Of a stretch of 64,000 nt of DNA, positions 53,846 to 64,000 are shown one piece after another. Source of the stretch: an uncultured Chloroflexia bacterium. Lineage in GTDB: Bacteria; Chloroflexota; Limnocylindria; Limnocylindrales; CSP1-4. The DNA lies in assembly GCA_963696405.1 (NCBI GenBank), contig CAVOJY010000003.1, forward strand, positions 303 to 64,302, given 5' to 3'. The notes under the pieces are model-generated. The model was not told where the DNA came from and searched no databases. It was given only the letters and a program-made list of their open reading frames with translations. Made by a program: the position numbers and the translations under genes. How positions within the stretch are numbered: the first letter of the stretch is position 1; each line of letters begins with the position of its first letter.

Positions 53846-54682
53846 GTGATCACCGGTTTCCTCATCGGCCTTCGCGAGGGGGTCGAGGCCGCGCTCATCG
53901 TCGGGATCATCGTGGCGTACCTCGTTCGGACCGGGAACCGCGATCGGCTGCCGCTCGTGTGGTTCGGCGCCGCGGGGGCGATCGCCGCATCGGTGCTCCT
54001 GGGCGCCCTCCTGTTCGTCACCGTCGGCTCGCTCGAAGAGCCGTATGAGCAGCTCTTCGAAGGGGCCGCGATGCTCCTCGCGGCTGGCGTCGTGACGTGG
54101 ATGCTCTTCTGGATGCGCAGCCAGGCGCGCGCCGTCCGAGGGGCGCTCGAGACGGACGTTGCCCGGTCGCTCGGGAACGGCGGCGCGCTCGGGCTGGCCG
54201 TCCTCGCGTTCGTCGCGGTCGTCCGAGAGGGTATCGAGGCCGCCCTCTTCCTGTTCAGCCTGGTGACCGCCGCCGGGACTGCGAGCGAGGGCGGCCCGGC
54301 GGCCGTGCTGGCCGGTGCCGCGGTCGGACTCCTCGCGGCCGCCGCCATCGGATACCTCGTCTACCGGGGAAGCACGCGCCTGGATCTCCGCACGTTCTTC
54401 GTCTGGACCGGCGTGGCCCTCATCTTCGTCGCCGCAGGCCTCGTCTCGCGGGCGGTTCACGAGTTTGCCGAGATCGGGCTGATCGCGATGGGAACGCAGA
54501 CCGCCTTCGACATGAGTGGCGTGCTGCCGCATGCCTCCGGCGTCGGCCAGTTCCTGCGGGCGGCCCTCGGGTACTCGTCGCAGCCCGAGATTGTGACGGT
54601 GGCGGCATACCTCGCCTACCTGATCCCTGTGCTGTACCTGTACCTCCGGCCCGCGCGCCCGGCCCCGGCCGCGGCAGCGTGA
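53846..54682 (+). CDS. FTR1/EfeU-family high-affinity iron permease
   Basis: GTG 53846 follows CAGGAGCAAGG. The two REXXE motifs are GLREGVEAALIV and VVREGIEAALFL. The protein has multiple TM helices. Confidence 0.88.
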   Translation: MITGFLIGLREGVEAALIVGIIVAYLVRTGNRDRLPLVWFGAAGAIAASVLLGALLFVTVGSLEEPYEQLFEGAAMLLAAGVVTWMLFWMRSQARAVRGALETDVARSLGNGGALGLAVLAFVAVVREGIEAALFLFSLVTAAGTASEGGPAAVLAGAAVGLLAAAAIGYLVYRGSTRLDLRTFFVWTGVALIFVAAGLVSRAVHEFAEIGLIAMGTQTAFDMSGVLPHASGVGQFLRAALGYSSQPEIVTVAAYLAYLIPVLYLYLRPARPAPAAAA

Positions 54683-54843
54683 TAGCGGCGCCCGCGGCCA
54701 GGTGACGGAGGCACCCGCGGACCCTGGCCCGGAACGACCGGACCCTGGCTCGGCGTCCGGGAACCCCGGCCCGGCCCGCGGCGCCCGAACGCCGGAAGGT
54801 CGGCGCGCCCGATCGTCGGATGCGCGTGGGGTACCATCCGGCC

Positions 54844-56346
54844 ATGCCACACGTCCGCTGCCGGATCGCCCCGAGCCCCACCGGCCCGCTCCACATCGGC
54901 ACCGCGCGGACCGCCCTCTACAACTTCCTGTTCGCACGGCGGTCGGGAGGCACGTTCATCCTCCGCCTGGAGGACACGGACGTCGCGCGATCCACAATCG
55001 AGTACGAACGCGACATCCTGGACGGCCTGCACCAGCTCGGCCTCGAGTGGGACGAGGGTCCCGAGGTTGCCGGGCTGCCGGCACGGGGGGCATTCGGCCC
55101 GTACCGCCAGATGGAGCGGCTGCCGCTCTACCAGGCCGCGGCGGAGCGCCTCCTCAGCGAGGACCGCGCGTACCCATGCTATTGCACCAGGGAGGAGCTG
55201 GACGCGGACCGCGCTGCACAGGAGGCGGCGAAGGAGCCGCGGTACGTCGGACGCTGCGCGCACCTCACCGCGGACCAGCGGCGATCCCACGAGGCAGCAG
55301 GCCGCCGGCCCGTCATCCGGTTCCGCGTCGGCGAGGGGACCGTGACCTTCGACGACATCGTCCGCGGGCACGTCGAGATCGATGCATCGGTCCTGGGGGG
55401 CGACCTCGTCATCCTCCGCTCGGACGCCACCCCGCTCTACCACTTCACGGTCGTGGTGGACGACGCCGAGATGGCGATCACCCACGTCATCCGCGGGGAG
55501 GACCATCTCTCCAACACGCCCAAGCACATCCTCCTCTTCCGGGCGCTCGGTGCGGACGTGCCCCAGTTCGCCCACCTGCCGCTCATCCTCAACCCGGACC
55601 GCACCAAGATGAGCAAGCGGAAGTCGCAGACGGCAATCCACGACTACTTCGCCGAGGGGTTCGTCCGCGAGGCGCTCGTCAACTACCTGGCGCTCCTGGG
55701 CTGGGCGAGCGGGACAGAGGAGGAGATCTTCACCCTTGTTGAGCTGGCCGAGCGGTTCGAGCTGGAGCGCGTCCACGCGGCTGGGGCGATCTTCGACCGG
55801 GAGCGGCTCGAGTGGCTGAACGGCCAATGGATCCGCCGGCTCCCCGCAGACGAGCTGCTGGACCGCCTTGCGCCCTTCCTCCGGGCCGACCTCGATGCGA
55901 AGCGGAGGTCCGGGGTGACCGTCCGCGAGCCCGGGGAGGGCGAGTTGCGGGCCCTCCTCCCGCTCGTCCAGGAACGGCTCCCCACGCTGGGGGCGGTCGG
56001 GGACGTGGTGGACTTCCTCTTCGTCGACCCGATCCGCGTGGATCCCGCGCTCCTGGTGCCGAGGAGGTGGGACGCACGCACCACGACCGAGGGGCTCACC
56101 GCTGCCCGGGCGGCCATCGCGGAGCGTGGCGACGTCACGTTCGAGGCCGACGAGCTGGAGCCGGTGTTGCGCGACCTGGCCGCAGAACGCGGGTGGAAGG
56201 CCGGCGATCTCTTCATGGCCATCCGGGTTGCCGTCACCGGGAAGACGGCCACGCCGCCCCTCTTCGACACGATGGTCGCGCTCGGCCGGGAGCGCACGCT
56301 GGAGCGCCTCGCCGCCGCGATCGAGGCCCTGCAGGGGGTCGCGTAG
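54844..56346 (+). CDS. gltX: Glutamate--tRNA ligase
   Basis: Motifs: RIAPSPTGPLHIGTARTALYN (HIGH), LRLEDTD and KMSKRKS (KMSKS). Confidence 0.92.
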   Translation: MPHVRCRIAPSPTGPLHIGTARTALYNFLFARRSGGTFILRLEDTDVARSTIEYERDILDGLHQLGLEWDEGPEVAGLPARGAFGPYRQMERLPLYQAAAERLLSEDRAYPCYCTREELDADRAAQEAAKEPRYVGRCAHLTADQRRSHEAAGRRPVIRFRVGEGTVTFDDIVRGHVEIDASVLGGDLVILRSDATPLYHFTVVVDDAEMAITHVIRGEDHLSNTPKHILLFRALGADVPQFAHLPLILNPDRTKMSKRKSQTAIHDYFAEGFVREALVNYLALLGWASGTEEEIFTLVELAERFELERVHAAGAIFDRERLEWLNGQWIRRLPADELLDRLAPFLRADLDAKRRSGVTVREPGEGELRALLPLVQERLPTLGAVGDVVDFLFVDPIRVDPALLVPRRWDARTTTEGLTAARAAIAERGDVTFEADELEPVLRDLAAERGWKAGDLFMAIRVAVTGKTATPPLFDTMVALGRERTLERLAAAIEALQGVA

Positions 56347-56380
56347 CCCCTGGTCCGAGCGTGCGGCGGCGCTCAGCAGA

Positions 56381-56404
56381 CCCGGCCGGCCTAGGCCGGC
56401 CGGG
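56381..56404 (+). terminator. Terminator-like hairpin after gltX
   Basis: CCCGGCCGGCC-TA-GGCCGGCCGGG is a perfect 11-bp GC stem, 35 nt after the stop. There is no U-tract. Confidence 0.5.
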
Positions 56405-56795
56405 TGGGCCGGTGCGGAGTTGGCTTGGCCCGCGCGGCTGGGTGGGCGGCGCATCGGCGGACGGGCCCCTGTGCGTCAGCCGCATGACCCGGACCCAGAT
56501 GCACGGGATCGCGGACTCGGCTCGGCGGAGTCGGCTCGGTTCGCTGCGCCACGCGCACGGACGCGGCTGGGGGACGGGGTCGTCCCCGAACTCGTGCGCG
56601 ACGTGCAGGCCATCGACGTGGAAGGAGGCCGCGGTGGCCGTGGCTGCCGCCGGACACGTGTCGGCGGTGTCGCGGTGATGCGTTTCACGCACAACGCAGT
56701 CGGCGAGGCGAGCCCTCAAGGATGAACACGATGAACTGGGCGGGCCCCGGGCAGCTCCCGGCAGCCCGGCTACCGCCTGGGCGCCCGCCGGCCTG

Positions 56796-57803
56796 CTACG
56801 TCAGGATCCGACTCAGGACCACCCAGGCGAGCGCGGCGACCAGGCCGCTTGCCGGAATGGTGAGGACCCAGGCCCAGACGATCTGTCTCGCCACCCCCCA
56901 GCGGACGGCGGACAGCCGCTTGCTGGCTCCTACGCCCATGATCGCCGACGAGATCACGTGCGTCGTGGACACCGGCAGTCCGAAATGGCTTGCAGCGAAG
57001 ATGGTGGTCGCGGCGGCTGTCTCGGCGGCGAAGCCGTGGACCGGGTCGAGCTTGACGACCTTGGTGCCCATCGTCTTGATGATCCGCCAGCCGCCGGTGG
57101 CCGTGCCCACCGAGATGGCCGTCGCCGCCAGGAGGATGACCCAGACGGGGACCACGAAGGTTTCAAGAATGCCGGCTGTGACGAGGGCGAGCGTCATGAC
57201 CCCCATCGTCTTCTGGGCGTCGTTCGACCCGTGGGCAAAGGCCATGTAGGTGGCCGAAAGGACCTGCAGTCGCCGGAACCGGTCGTTCATGTTGCTTGGG
57301 TTTGCCCGACGGAAGACGTTGAGGATGAGGATCATGAGGGCGAATGCGCCGACGAACCCGATGATCGGCGAGCCGACGAGCGGCACGAGCACCTTGTTCA
57401 CGAGGGCATCCACGTCGATCGCGCCGGTACCCACGCCGATCAACGTCGCTCCGAGCAGCCCTCCGATGAGGGCGTGGCTGCTCGAGCTGGGGATGCCGAA
57501 CCGCCACGTGATGAGGTTCCAGACGATGGCGCCGACAAGGGCGGAGGCGATCACGATCTGGCCCGCGTGACCTTCGGGAACAGCGACGATCCCGGAGCCG
57601 ATCGTGGCGGCTACCGCGGTTCCCGTGAGCGCCCCGACGAAGTTGGCGCTGGCCGAAAGGGCGATCCCCCGCCGCGGCGAGAGGGCGCGCGTCGAGACGG
57701 ATGTGGCGATCGCATTCGCCGTGTCGTGGAAACCGTTGATGTAGTCGAACGCGACGGCCAGGCCGAAGACGGCGACGAGGGTCAGGGTCACGCCTTCAAG
57801 CAT
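56796..57803 (-). CDS. pit: Inorganic phosphate transporter, PiT family
   Basis: Motifs: FDYINGFHDTANAIATSVSTRAL and the repeated half AHGSNDAQKTMGV. Confidence 0.9.
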   Translation of the reverse strand: MLEGVTLTLVAVFGLAVAFDYINGFHDTANAIATSVSTRALSPRRGIALSASANFVGALTGTAVAATIGSGIVAVPEGHAGQIVIASALVGAIVWNLITWRFGIPSSSSHALIGGLLGATLIGVGTGAIDVDALVNKVLVPLVGSPIIGFVGAFALMILILNVFRRANPSNMNDRFRRLQVLSATYMAFAHGSNDAQKTMGVMTLALVTAGILETFVVPVWVILLAATAISVGTATGGWRIIKTMGTKVVKLDPVHGFAAETAAATTIFAASHFGLPVSTTHVISSAIMGVGASKRLSAVRWGVARQIVWAWVLTIPASGLVAALAWVVLSRILT

Positions 57804-57854
57804 GTGGCACCGTGGGCATGAGGCGATCGATGGTCGAGGTCACGGCCGCCGCGA

Positions 57855-58484
57855 TCAGGAGTGCTTGACGACGATGCGCTCGAGTATGTCGGCGACGTCC
57901 TCGCACCGGTCGATGGTCTCCTCGAGCACGCCGTAGACCTCTTTCCACTTGATGATGTCAGTGGCCTTCGTCTTCTCGTGAAAGAGAGCAGCGATGGCAG
58001 CCCGCGCGATCTGGTCCCCCTCGTTTTCCAGGCGGTGCACCTCGATCAGGTGCTTCTGGAGATCCTTGGGTTTCTGCATCTCCTTCAGCGCATCGACCAG
58101 GACCTCGACCTGGTGCACGATGATCGTCGCCTGCTTGGTAGCGGCGGCCGACGGCTCTTCGACGTTGTAGAGGACAAAGACGTCGGCGGCCTCTTCAAGG
58201 CCGTCCAGGATGTCGTCGATCCCCGAGATGAGCGCGTGGATGTCCTCCCGGTCGAACGGGGTGACGAACGTCGAGTTGAGCTTGTTGGCGATCTGGTGGC
58301 TCAGTTCGTCGCCGCGGTGCTCCACGTCTTCGATATCGTTGGCACGGCGCTCGAGATCGTCGTACGAGCGAAGCATCTCCTCGAGGAGTCGGGCTCCCTT
58401 GAGGACGTTCTCGGCGTCCTCGACGAACATGCCGAAGAAGTGCTCGTCGCGCGGGATCAGGCGGAGTCGCATACGCTCCTTCAT
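57855..58484 (-). CDS. DUF47 / PhoU-like phosphate-transport regulator partner of PiT
   Basis: The sequence is MKERMRLRLIPRDEHFFGMFVEDAENV...EHRGDELSHQI...TPFDREDIHALISGIDDILD...LENEGDQIARAAIAALF. The start is at 58484 or 58472. Confidence 0.85.
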   Translation of the reverse strand: MKERMRLRLIPRDEHFFGMFVEDAENVLKGARLLEEMLRSYDDLERRANDIEDVEHRGDELSHQIANKLNSTFVTPFDREDIHALISGIDDILDGLEEAADVFVLYNVEEPSAAATKQATIIVHQVEVLVDALKEMQKPKDLQKHLIEVHRLENEGDQIARAAIAALFHEKTKATDIIKWKEVYGVLEETIDRCEDVADILERIVVKHS

Positions 58485-58608
58485 CTCGGCGTGCCGGCCC
58501 CACGGCACCTCTGAGGATCGGAGCCCTTCAACCGGGCAGGGCCGCATCAGGGTACCGCGAGACGACCCCGTCGTGTCGGGCGTTTGACGGCCGTATAGTG
58601 TCTCCTCG

Positions 58609-58971
58609 ATGTCCTTTCATGCAGTCGAGGAGACCACCGGCGTGAAGATCCGCAGGGCCGACCCGGCCGTGATGGCTCCGGCCGCAACCAGGAAGAACTT
58701 GAGCCCGCGCCAGCAGGCGCGCCTCGCCGAGTACGAGGCCATCCGCAAGAAGATCATCGCCCAGCTGGCCGGCCCCGACGATGTCTTCGAGATCGTCCTC
58801 GAGCCGGGCGAGAAGCTGGCCACCATTCGGCAACGTGTGAACCGGGTGGCCGCCGACCAGGGTGTCGAGGTCGCCGTGCGAGTGCGTGGCGACCGGCTCT
58901 ACGTCGGCCTGATGACCCCGGAGCGGCGTTCGCGTCGTGGGCGCCGGCCGAAGGCCGCTGCGTCCGCATGA
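58609..58971 (+). CDS. Hypothetical small protein with a basic C-terminal tail
   Basis: This is a 120-aa ORF. The codon usage looks coding and the tail is RRSRRGRRPK. I recognise no family. Confidence 0.4.
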   Translation: MSFHAVEETTGVKIRRADPAVMAPAATRKNLSPRQQARLAEYEAIRKKIIAQLAGPDDVFEIVLEPGEKLATIRQRVNRVAADQGVEVAVRVRGDRLYVGLMTPERRSRRGRRPKAAASA

Positions 58972-59034
58972 TCCGCTGACGGATCCACCAGCGCGGGCGC
59001 CCCAGCGTGGGACATTGAATCCGCCGCCCAGCAG

Positions 59035-60642
59035 ATGATTGCCCCGGCCAGCAGGCTCGCTGGTCTCGACAGCGAGCGCTTCGACGCGGTCGTCATCGGC
59101 GGCGGGATCCTGGGCGCGGCGATCGCCCGCGATCTCGGCCGGCGGGGCCGCCACGCCCTCCTCGTCGAGCGGGTGGACTTCGGCTGGGGGACCACCAACC
59201 GCTGCACGCGGCTCGTGCACGGCGGCCTGCGCTACCTGGAGAACCTCGACTTCGGGCTGGTGCGAGAGGGCCTGCGCGAGCGCGGCTGGCTCATGCGGGC
59301 GGCACCGCACCTCGTCGGGCCGCTGCCGATCCTGCTGGCCTTCTACGGCATGTCGGCGTTCCGGCGCCTCCAGTTCCGGGCCGGGCTCACCTTCTACGAC
59401 CTCTTCGCCCAGGACCGCGCGCTCCCGCGGCACCGCCACCTGGACACCGAGGCGGTGGCGCGGCTCGTGCCGGGCCTCTCCACCGCCGGACTGCCCGGGG
59501 CGATGCTCTACCACGATGCGCAGGTCGAGCTGCCCGAGCGCCTCGTGGTCGAGACGCTGCGCGCCGCGGAGGACCGGGGCGCGGTGGTGCGCAACCATGT
59601 CGCTGCCACCGGCCTTCTCCGCGAGCGCGGCCGGGTGACCGGCCTGGAGCTCACCGACGTGCTCTCCGGTGACATGGCCGCGGTGCGGGCGTCGCTCGTC
59701 ATCAATGCCGCGGGGCCCTGGCTCGACGCCGCCCTCGCCGCCCTCGGCGTGGAGCGGGCGCCGCTCCAGCGCCTGACCCAGGGCCTGCACCTTGTCTATC
59801 CGCGGGTCGCGGACCAGACGGTCTGCTTCGGGCACCCCGACGACGGCCGCCTCGTCTTCCTGGTCCCCTGGCGGGGCATGACCCTGGCCGGCACCACCGA
59901 TGTCGACGTGGCGGGCCCCGACGAGGCGCGCATCACCGAAGACGAGGTCCGCTACGTCGCGCGCAGCCTGGCCTTCGCCTTCCCCGATGCGGCCGACCTG
60001 CAGCCCAGCTGGGCCTCGGTCGGGGTGCGGTCGCTCCTCCGCGAGGAAGGCAAGCCATCGTCGGTCACCCGGCGCCACGTGGTCATCGACCACGCCCCCG
60101 ACGGGGCGGCCGGCCTTCTCACCCTGGTGGGCGGCAAGCTGACCGCCTTTCGCTCCATCGGGGCCGAGACGGTGGACCGGGCGCTCGGCGAGCGGGACCG
60201 GGGGGCGCTGGGGCCCGGGCCTCTCGACCGCGACGTGCCGCCCGATCCGGGGGAGGAGGCCGACTTGCTGACCCGCCGGCTGTGGCGCCTCTATGGAGCC
60301 AGGGCCGACGAGGTCCGCCGCTGGGTCGCCGACGACCCCTGGTGGGGTCAGCCGCTGCTGGCCGACGAGGAGGCCGCGGCGGTGGCCCCGGCCGACCGGG
60401 CCATCCGCGCGGAGGTCGCCCACGCCTTCGCCGACGAATGGGCCGCCACGGTCGCCGACGTCGTCAACCGGCGGCTTGCCCTCGGCTTCGGGCCGGACCT
60501 CGGCCGTGCTGCCGCTGAAGCCGTGGCCGGGGTCGGCGTCTCGCGCTTCGGGTGGGACGCGGCGCGCGTGGAGGCGGAACTGGCCGCGTTCGATGCCGAG
60601 GCCGAGGGACGCCGGGTGCCCGGGGAATGGACGGCCCGGTGA
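59035..60642 (+). CDS. glpD: FAD-dependent glycerol-3-phosphate dehydrogenase
   Basis: Motifs: [40 protein letters not shown] and GGKLTAFR. Confidence 0.88.
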   Translation: MIAPASRLAGLDSERFDAVVIGGGILGAAIARDLGRRGRHALLVERVDFGWGTTNRCTRLVHGGLRYLENLDFGLVREGLRERGWLMRAAPHLVGPLPILLAFYGMSAFRRLQFRAGLTFYDLFAQDRALPRHRHLDTEAVARLVPGLSTAGLPGAMLYHDAQVELPERLVVETLRAAEDRGAVVRNHVAATGLLRERGRVTGLELTDVLSGDMAAVRASLVINAAGPWLDAALAALGVERAPLQRLTQGLHLVYPRVADQTVCFGHPDDGRLVFLVPWRGMTLAGTTDVDVAGPDEARITEDEVRYVARSLAFAFPDAADLQPSWASVGVRSLLREEGKPSSVTRRHVVIDHAPDGAAGLLTLVGGKLTAFRSIGAETVDRALGERDRGALGPGPLDRDVPPDPGEEADLLTRRLWRLYGARADEVRRWVADDPWWGQPLLADEEAAAVAPADRAIRAEVAHAFADEWAATVADVVNRRLALGFGPDLGRAAAEAVAGVGVSRFGWDAARVEAELAAFDAEAEGRRVPGEWTAR

Positions 60643-60676
60643 GCGCGCGGGGCCGCGACCCAGGGGCCCTGACCCG

Positions 60677-62164
60677 ATGACAGCGAGGGTAGTCCTTGCC
60701 CTCGACCAGGGAACGTCCTCGTCACGGGCGATCGTTTTCGACCGGCACGGGAAGCCGGTCGGGGCCGCCCAGCACGAGGTCCCCTCCGCCTACCCCGCCC
60801 CCGGCTGGGTGGAGCAGGACGCCGACGTTCTCGTCGAGACACAGGTGCGTGCCGCCCGCGAAGCGCTCGTCGCGGCGGGTGTCGCGGCAGCCGAGGTGGC
60901 CGCGATCGGCATCACGAACCAGCGCGAGACCACCGTTGCGTGGGACCGCGCCGGGCGGCCCCTCGCCCCGGCCATCGTCTGGCAGGACCGGCGGACGGCG
61001 GCCAGCTGCGCTGCGCTCCGCGCCGGCGGGCACGAGCCGGCCGTGCGCGCTCGAACGGGCCTCCTCCTGGATCCGTACTTCAGCGCGACGAAGATGGCGT
61101 GGCTCCTCGAGGCGCTGCCGGACGGCCGGCGCCGCGCCGCCGCCGGCGAGATCCTCCTCGGGACCGTGGATTCGTACCTCGCCTGGCGTCTGACCGGCGG
61201 TCGAACGTTCGCCACCGACCCCTCGAACGCGAGCCGGACGCTCCTCCTCGACCTGGAGCGGAGGTCCTGGTCGCCGGAGCTCCTCGACCTCTTCGGCGTG
61301 CCCCTGGACGCGCTTCCCGAGGTCCGCCCGACCGACGGCGGCTTCGGCGAGACGTTACCCGATCTTCTCGGGGCGCCGGTGCCGATCCTCGCCGTGGTGG
61401 GCGACCAGCAGGCGGCGCTCTTTGGCCAGGCGTGCCTGGTGCCGGGCGAGGCCAAGAACACCTACGGGACCGGGTGCTTCCTTCTCATGACCACGGGCTC
61501 ACGGCCGCCGGTGCCGCCGCCGGGGCTGCTCGCGACGGTGGCCTGGGAGCGCAGCGGGTACGGCCCGACGTATGCGCTCGAAGGGAGCGTCTTCATCGCG
61601 GGTGCCGCCGTCCGCTGGCTCCGTGACGGCCTCGGGATCATCGCCGACGCCGCGGAAGTGGAGCCGTTGGCGCGAAGCGTGCCGGACAGCGGCGGCGTCG
61701 TCGTTGTCCCCGCCTTCGCCGGCCTCGGCGCCCCGTACTGGGATCCGGAGGCCCGCGGCGCCATCACGGGGATCACCGCCGGGACCACCCGTGCCCACAT
61801 CGCCCGAGCCACACTGGAGGCGATCGCCCACCAGACGGCCGACCTCGTGGACGCGCTCGAGGCCGGCGGCGCGCCGGCGCTCCAGGTGCTGCGTGCGGAC
61901 GGCGGTGCCGCCGGGAACGACCTTCTCCTGCAGCTCCAGGCCGACCTGCTCGGCCGGCCGGTGGCCCCGGCGGCCGTCCGGGAGACGACCGCGCTCGGTG
62001 CCGCGCTCCTGGCGGGTCGAGCCGCGGGGTTCTGGGAGAGCGACGAGGAGTTGCGCGCTCTTGCCGCCCCCGTCCGCGTGTTCGAGCCCCAGCAGGGCGA
62101 CGCCTGGCGAGCCGAGATGCGCGGTCGCTGGGCTGACGCGGTGGCCAGGGCGCGCTCGCGCTGA
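60677..62164 (+). CDS. glpK: Glycerol kinase
   Basis: The start is ATG 60677. Motifs: [58 protein letters not shown] and [20 protein letters not shown]. Confidence 0.92.
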   Translation: MTARVVLALDQGTSSSRAIVFDRHGKPVGAAQHEVPSAYPAPGWVEQDADVLVETQVRAAREALVAAGVAAAEVAAIGITNQRETTVAWDRAGRPLAPAIVWQDRRTAASCAALRAGGHEPAVRARTGLLLDPYFSATKMAWLLEALPDGRRRAAAGEILLGTVDSYLAWRLTGGRTFATDPSNASRTLLLDLERRSWSPELLDLFGVPLDALPEVRPTDGGFGETLPDLLGAPVPILAVVGDQQAALFGQACLVPGEAKNTYGTGCFLLMTTGSRPPVPPPGLLATVAWERSGYGPTYALEGSVFIAGAAVRWLRDGLGIIADAAEVEPLARSVPDSGGVVVVPAFAGLGAPYWDPEARGAITGITAGTTRAHIARATLEAIAHQTADLVDALEAGGAPALQVLRADGGAAGNDLLLQLQADLLGRPVAPAAVRETTALGAALLAGRAAGFWESDEELRALAAPVRVFEPQQGDAWRAEMRGRWADAVARARSR

Positions 62165-62215
62165 TGCTGCCGTTGCCCTGATCCGGCCCGCACGCCGGCT
62201 CACGGCCGGGACACC

Positions 62216-63322
62216 CTATGAGTCTGTCGTCGCAATCGCCCGCGCCTGCCCCGCGGAAGTCCCTCCGTCCACCGTGTCCTCGCGGAACAGACGAGGCCGA
62301 AGCCGCAGCGCCGCCCAGACGAGGGCGAGCATGACCGGGACCTCGATGAGCGGGCCCACCACGGTCGCGAGCGCGACCGTCGGCGAGAAGGCGGTGATGG
62401 CGATCGCGATGGCGATCTCGAAGTCCCGGCCGGTCGCGTTGAAGGCGACGGCCACGGCATCGCCGTAGTTGAAGCCGAGGCGCCAGCCGACCAGGTAGAC
62501 AACGAAGAACATCACAACGAAGAAGATCGTCATGGGGATCGCCATCTCCAGGACAATGGCTGGGCGCTCCAGGATGAGATCGCCCTTCAGCGCGAACATG
62601 ACAATCAGCGTGAAGAGCAGGCCCAGGATGGACATGGCGGAGAGGCCTGGCTTGAGCCGCTCCATCGCCTCCTCGCCGCCTCGCCGGACCACGAGCTGGC
62701 GCGTAATGACGCCCAGCAGCAGCGGGAGGCCGAGGTAGAGGATGACGCTCTCCGCAACGACCCAGACATCGAAACTCACGTTCCCGATGAGCAGGCTGGC
62801 GTAGACCGGGATGAGCAGCATCTGGGCAACCGAGTTGAAGGCGACGAACACGAGCGCCATCGGGACGTTGCCCTTTGCCAGGTACGTGAAGATGATGACC
62901 ATGGCGATGCACGGTGCCAGGCCGTAGAGGACAAGGCCCGTGTGCAGCTCCGGGTCGGACACGAACAGGTTGGCCAGGCCAAGCATGAAGAACGGTGCGA
63001 TCACGAAGTTGAAGAACAGGACGACGGCGAGCTGCTTCGGTGCCCGGAGGGCATCCCCGATCTCGGTCAGGCGGACGTTCGTCATCGCCGGGTACATCAT
63101 GAGGAAGAGGCCGATCGGGACGCCGAGGGAGATCGCATTGGCCACCGTCGGCTCGAACGTGCCGCCGGCGATTGCCTTGATGGCGTCGATCGGCGGGGTG
63201 AGCGCGAAGTCCGAGATGTTGAGTGCCTTCCCGATCGCGATCCCGACCGCCATGCTGAAGAGGACGAAGAACGGCAGCAGCCGGAAGTCCTCGAGTCGTG
63301 CCAGCAACTTGGATGCACTCAC
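62216..63322 (-). CDS. acr3: Arsenite efflux transporter, ACR3 family
   Basis: GTG 63322 follows AAGGAGAG. Motifs: LPFFVLFSMAVGIAIG, MMYPAMTNV, LYGLAPCIAMVIIF, and GPLIEVPVMLALV at the C-terminus. Confidence 0.88.
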   Translation of the reverse strand: MSASKLLARLEDFRLLPFFVLFSMAVGIAIGKALNISDFALTPPIDAIKAIAGGTFEPTVANAISLGVPIGLFLMMYPAMTNVRLTEIGDALRAPKQLAVVLFFNFVIAPFFMLGLANLFVSDPELHTGLVLYGLAPCIAMVIIFTYLAKGNVPMALVFVAFNSVAQMLLIPVYASLLIGNVSFDVWVVAESVILYLGLPLLLGVITRQLVVRRGGEEAMERLKPGLSAMSILGLLFTLIVMFALKGDLILERPAIVLEMAIPMTIFFVVMFFVVYLVGWRLGFNYGDAVAVAFNATGRDFEIAIAIAITAFSPTVALATVVGPLIEVPVMLALVWAALRLRPRLFREDTVDGGTSAGQARAIATTDS

Positions 63323-63369
63323 CCTCGTCTCTCCTTGGGTCGGCCCTTTGGGCAGGTCGCGAACCTGTG

Positions 63370-63606
63370 TCAGGCTTCGCTGATCCAGACGGCGATGTCG
63401 CCAGCGGACGGGACCCGGCCGTAGCTCACGAGTCTCCCGTCGACGTACAGGCCCGGGGTGCGGAGGATCCCGCGGCGGGCGATCTCCATCTCGTCGTAGA
63501 TGTGGACCACCTCTGCGTCGACGCCGGCCATCCCGGCGGCCTCCCTGGCATTCTCCTCGAGCCGCCGGCAGTTGGCGCATCCGCGGCCCAGCACTTCGAT
63601 CTTCAT
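63370..63606 (-). CDS. Thioredoxin-fold redox-active disulfide protein 2 family (78 aa)
   Basis: RBS GGAGGA precedes ATG 63606. The sequence is MKIEVLGRGCANCRRLEENA (CxxC)...RTPGLYVDGRLVSYGRVPS. Confidence 0.8.
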   Translation of the reverse strand: MKIEVLGRGCANCRRLEENAREAAGMAGVDAEVVHIYDEMEIARRGILRTPGLYVDGRLVSYGRVPSAGDIAVWISEA

Positions 63607-63667
63607 GTGGCGTCTTTCCTCCAGGAGGCCCGCCGTCACGCGTCGGACGGCATGGCCGGGGCGATGA

Positions 63668-64000
63668 TCAGGTGACGAGGTTGAACAGGTAGCCGATGCA
63701 GACGATCCCGACCGCAACGATCCCGGCGAAGACGGCCAGGAGGCGCGGCTTCATCACCCGGCGCAGGATGATGAACTCGGGAAGGCTGAGCGCGGTCACG
63801 GCCATCATGAAGGCGAGCGTGGTGCCGATCGGCAGGCCCTTGCCCAGCAGCGCCTGGACGATGGGGATCGTGCCGGCGGCGTTCGAGTACAGCGGGATGC
63901 CGAGGAGGACCACCACGGGAACGGCGAGGGGATTGCCTTCTCCGGCGATGGACACGACAAGGTCGGCGGGCACATACCCGTGGATGAACGCGCCGATCCC
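63668..64000 (-). CDS. Predicted permease (COG0701/ArsP-like), C-terminal part only. The 5' end lies beyond the window.
   Basis: The sequence is GIGAFIHGYVPADLVVSIAGEGNPLAVPVVVLLGIPLYSNAAGTIPIVQALLGKGLPIGTTLAFMMAVTALSLPEFIILRRVM. This type of permease is usually adjacent to the small thioredoxin-fold protein. Confidence 0.7.
   Translation of the reverse strand, partial: GIGAFIHGYVPADLVVSIAGEGNPLAVPVVVLLGIPLYSNAAGTIPIVQALLGKGLPIGTTLAFMMAVTALSLPEFIILRRVMKPRLLAVFAGIVAVGIVCIGYLFNLVT

Noticed and set aside
56347-56795. tRNA genes expected after gltX, or a small gene in the 450-bp spacer
   Set aside because: I could find no cloverleaf-compatible sequence: no acceptor/T-arm pattern and no GTTCGAATC-like T-loop. 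The ORFs present (for example 56234..56719 on the minus strand) have no recognisable motifs. The spacer is left unannotated apart from the GC hairpin at 56381-56404.

Overview
High-GC (roughly 70% by eye) chromosomal segment, probably from an actinobacterium-like organism; this taxonomic guess rests only on gene content and promoter style. I support about 60 protein genes. I found no rRNA, tRNA, CRISPR array, integrase or transposase. The right half (43-64 kb) is intact housekeeping and central metabolism: pckA, gltA, ppk2, mdh, an amidohydrolase, an Lgt paralogue, asparaginase, FTR1 iron permease, gltX, PiT/DUF47, glpD-glpK and an Acr3-type arsenite cluster. The left and middle (1-43 kb) look accessory: an hdrCBA-like operon, a penicillin-acylase-family gene, two non-pyrrolysine MttB-family methyltransferases, five FadR-type GntR regulators, two ABC importers, and oxidoreductase, cupin, OCD and Alr genes. 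The main observation is mosaic gene decay. At least 13 genes in five blocks carry frameshifts or nonsense codons, while neighbouring genes, including a 2.7 kb one, are intact. The blocks are hdrCBA, a TraR/DksA gene, a transaldolase, one mttB paralogue, and a contiguous ~8 kb run of seven genes at 24.5-32.7 kb. Other observations are candidate operator palindromes shared between intergenic regions of the GntR/MttB island, short tandem direct repeats immediately upstream of several genes, and a 674-aa uncharacterised protein that ends an ATPase-less sugar ABC operon. All calls come from reading the sequence and the ORF track. No database search was run.
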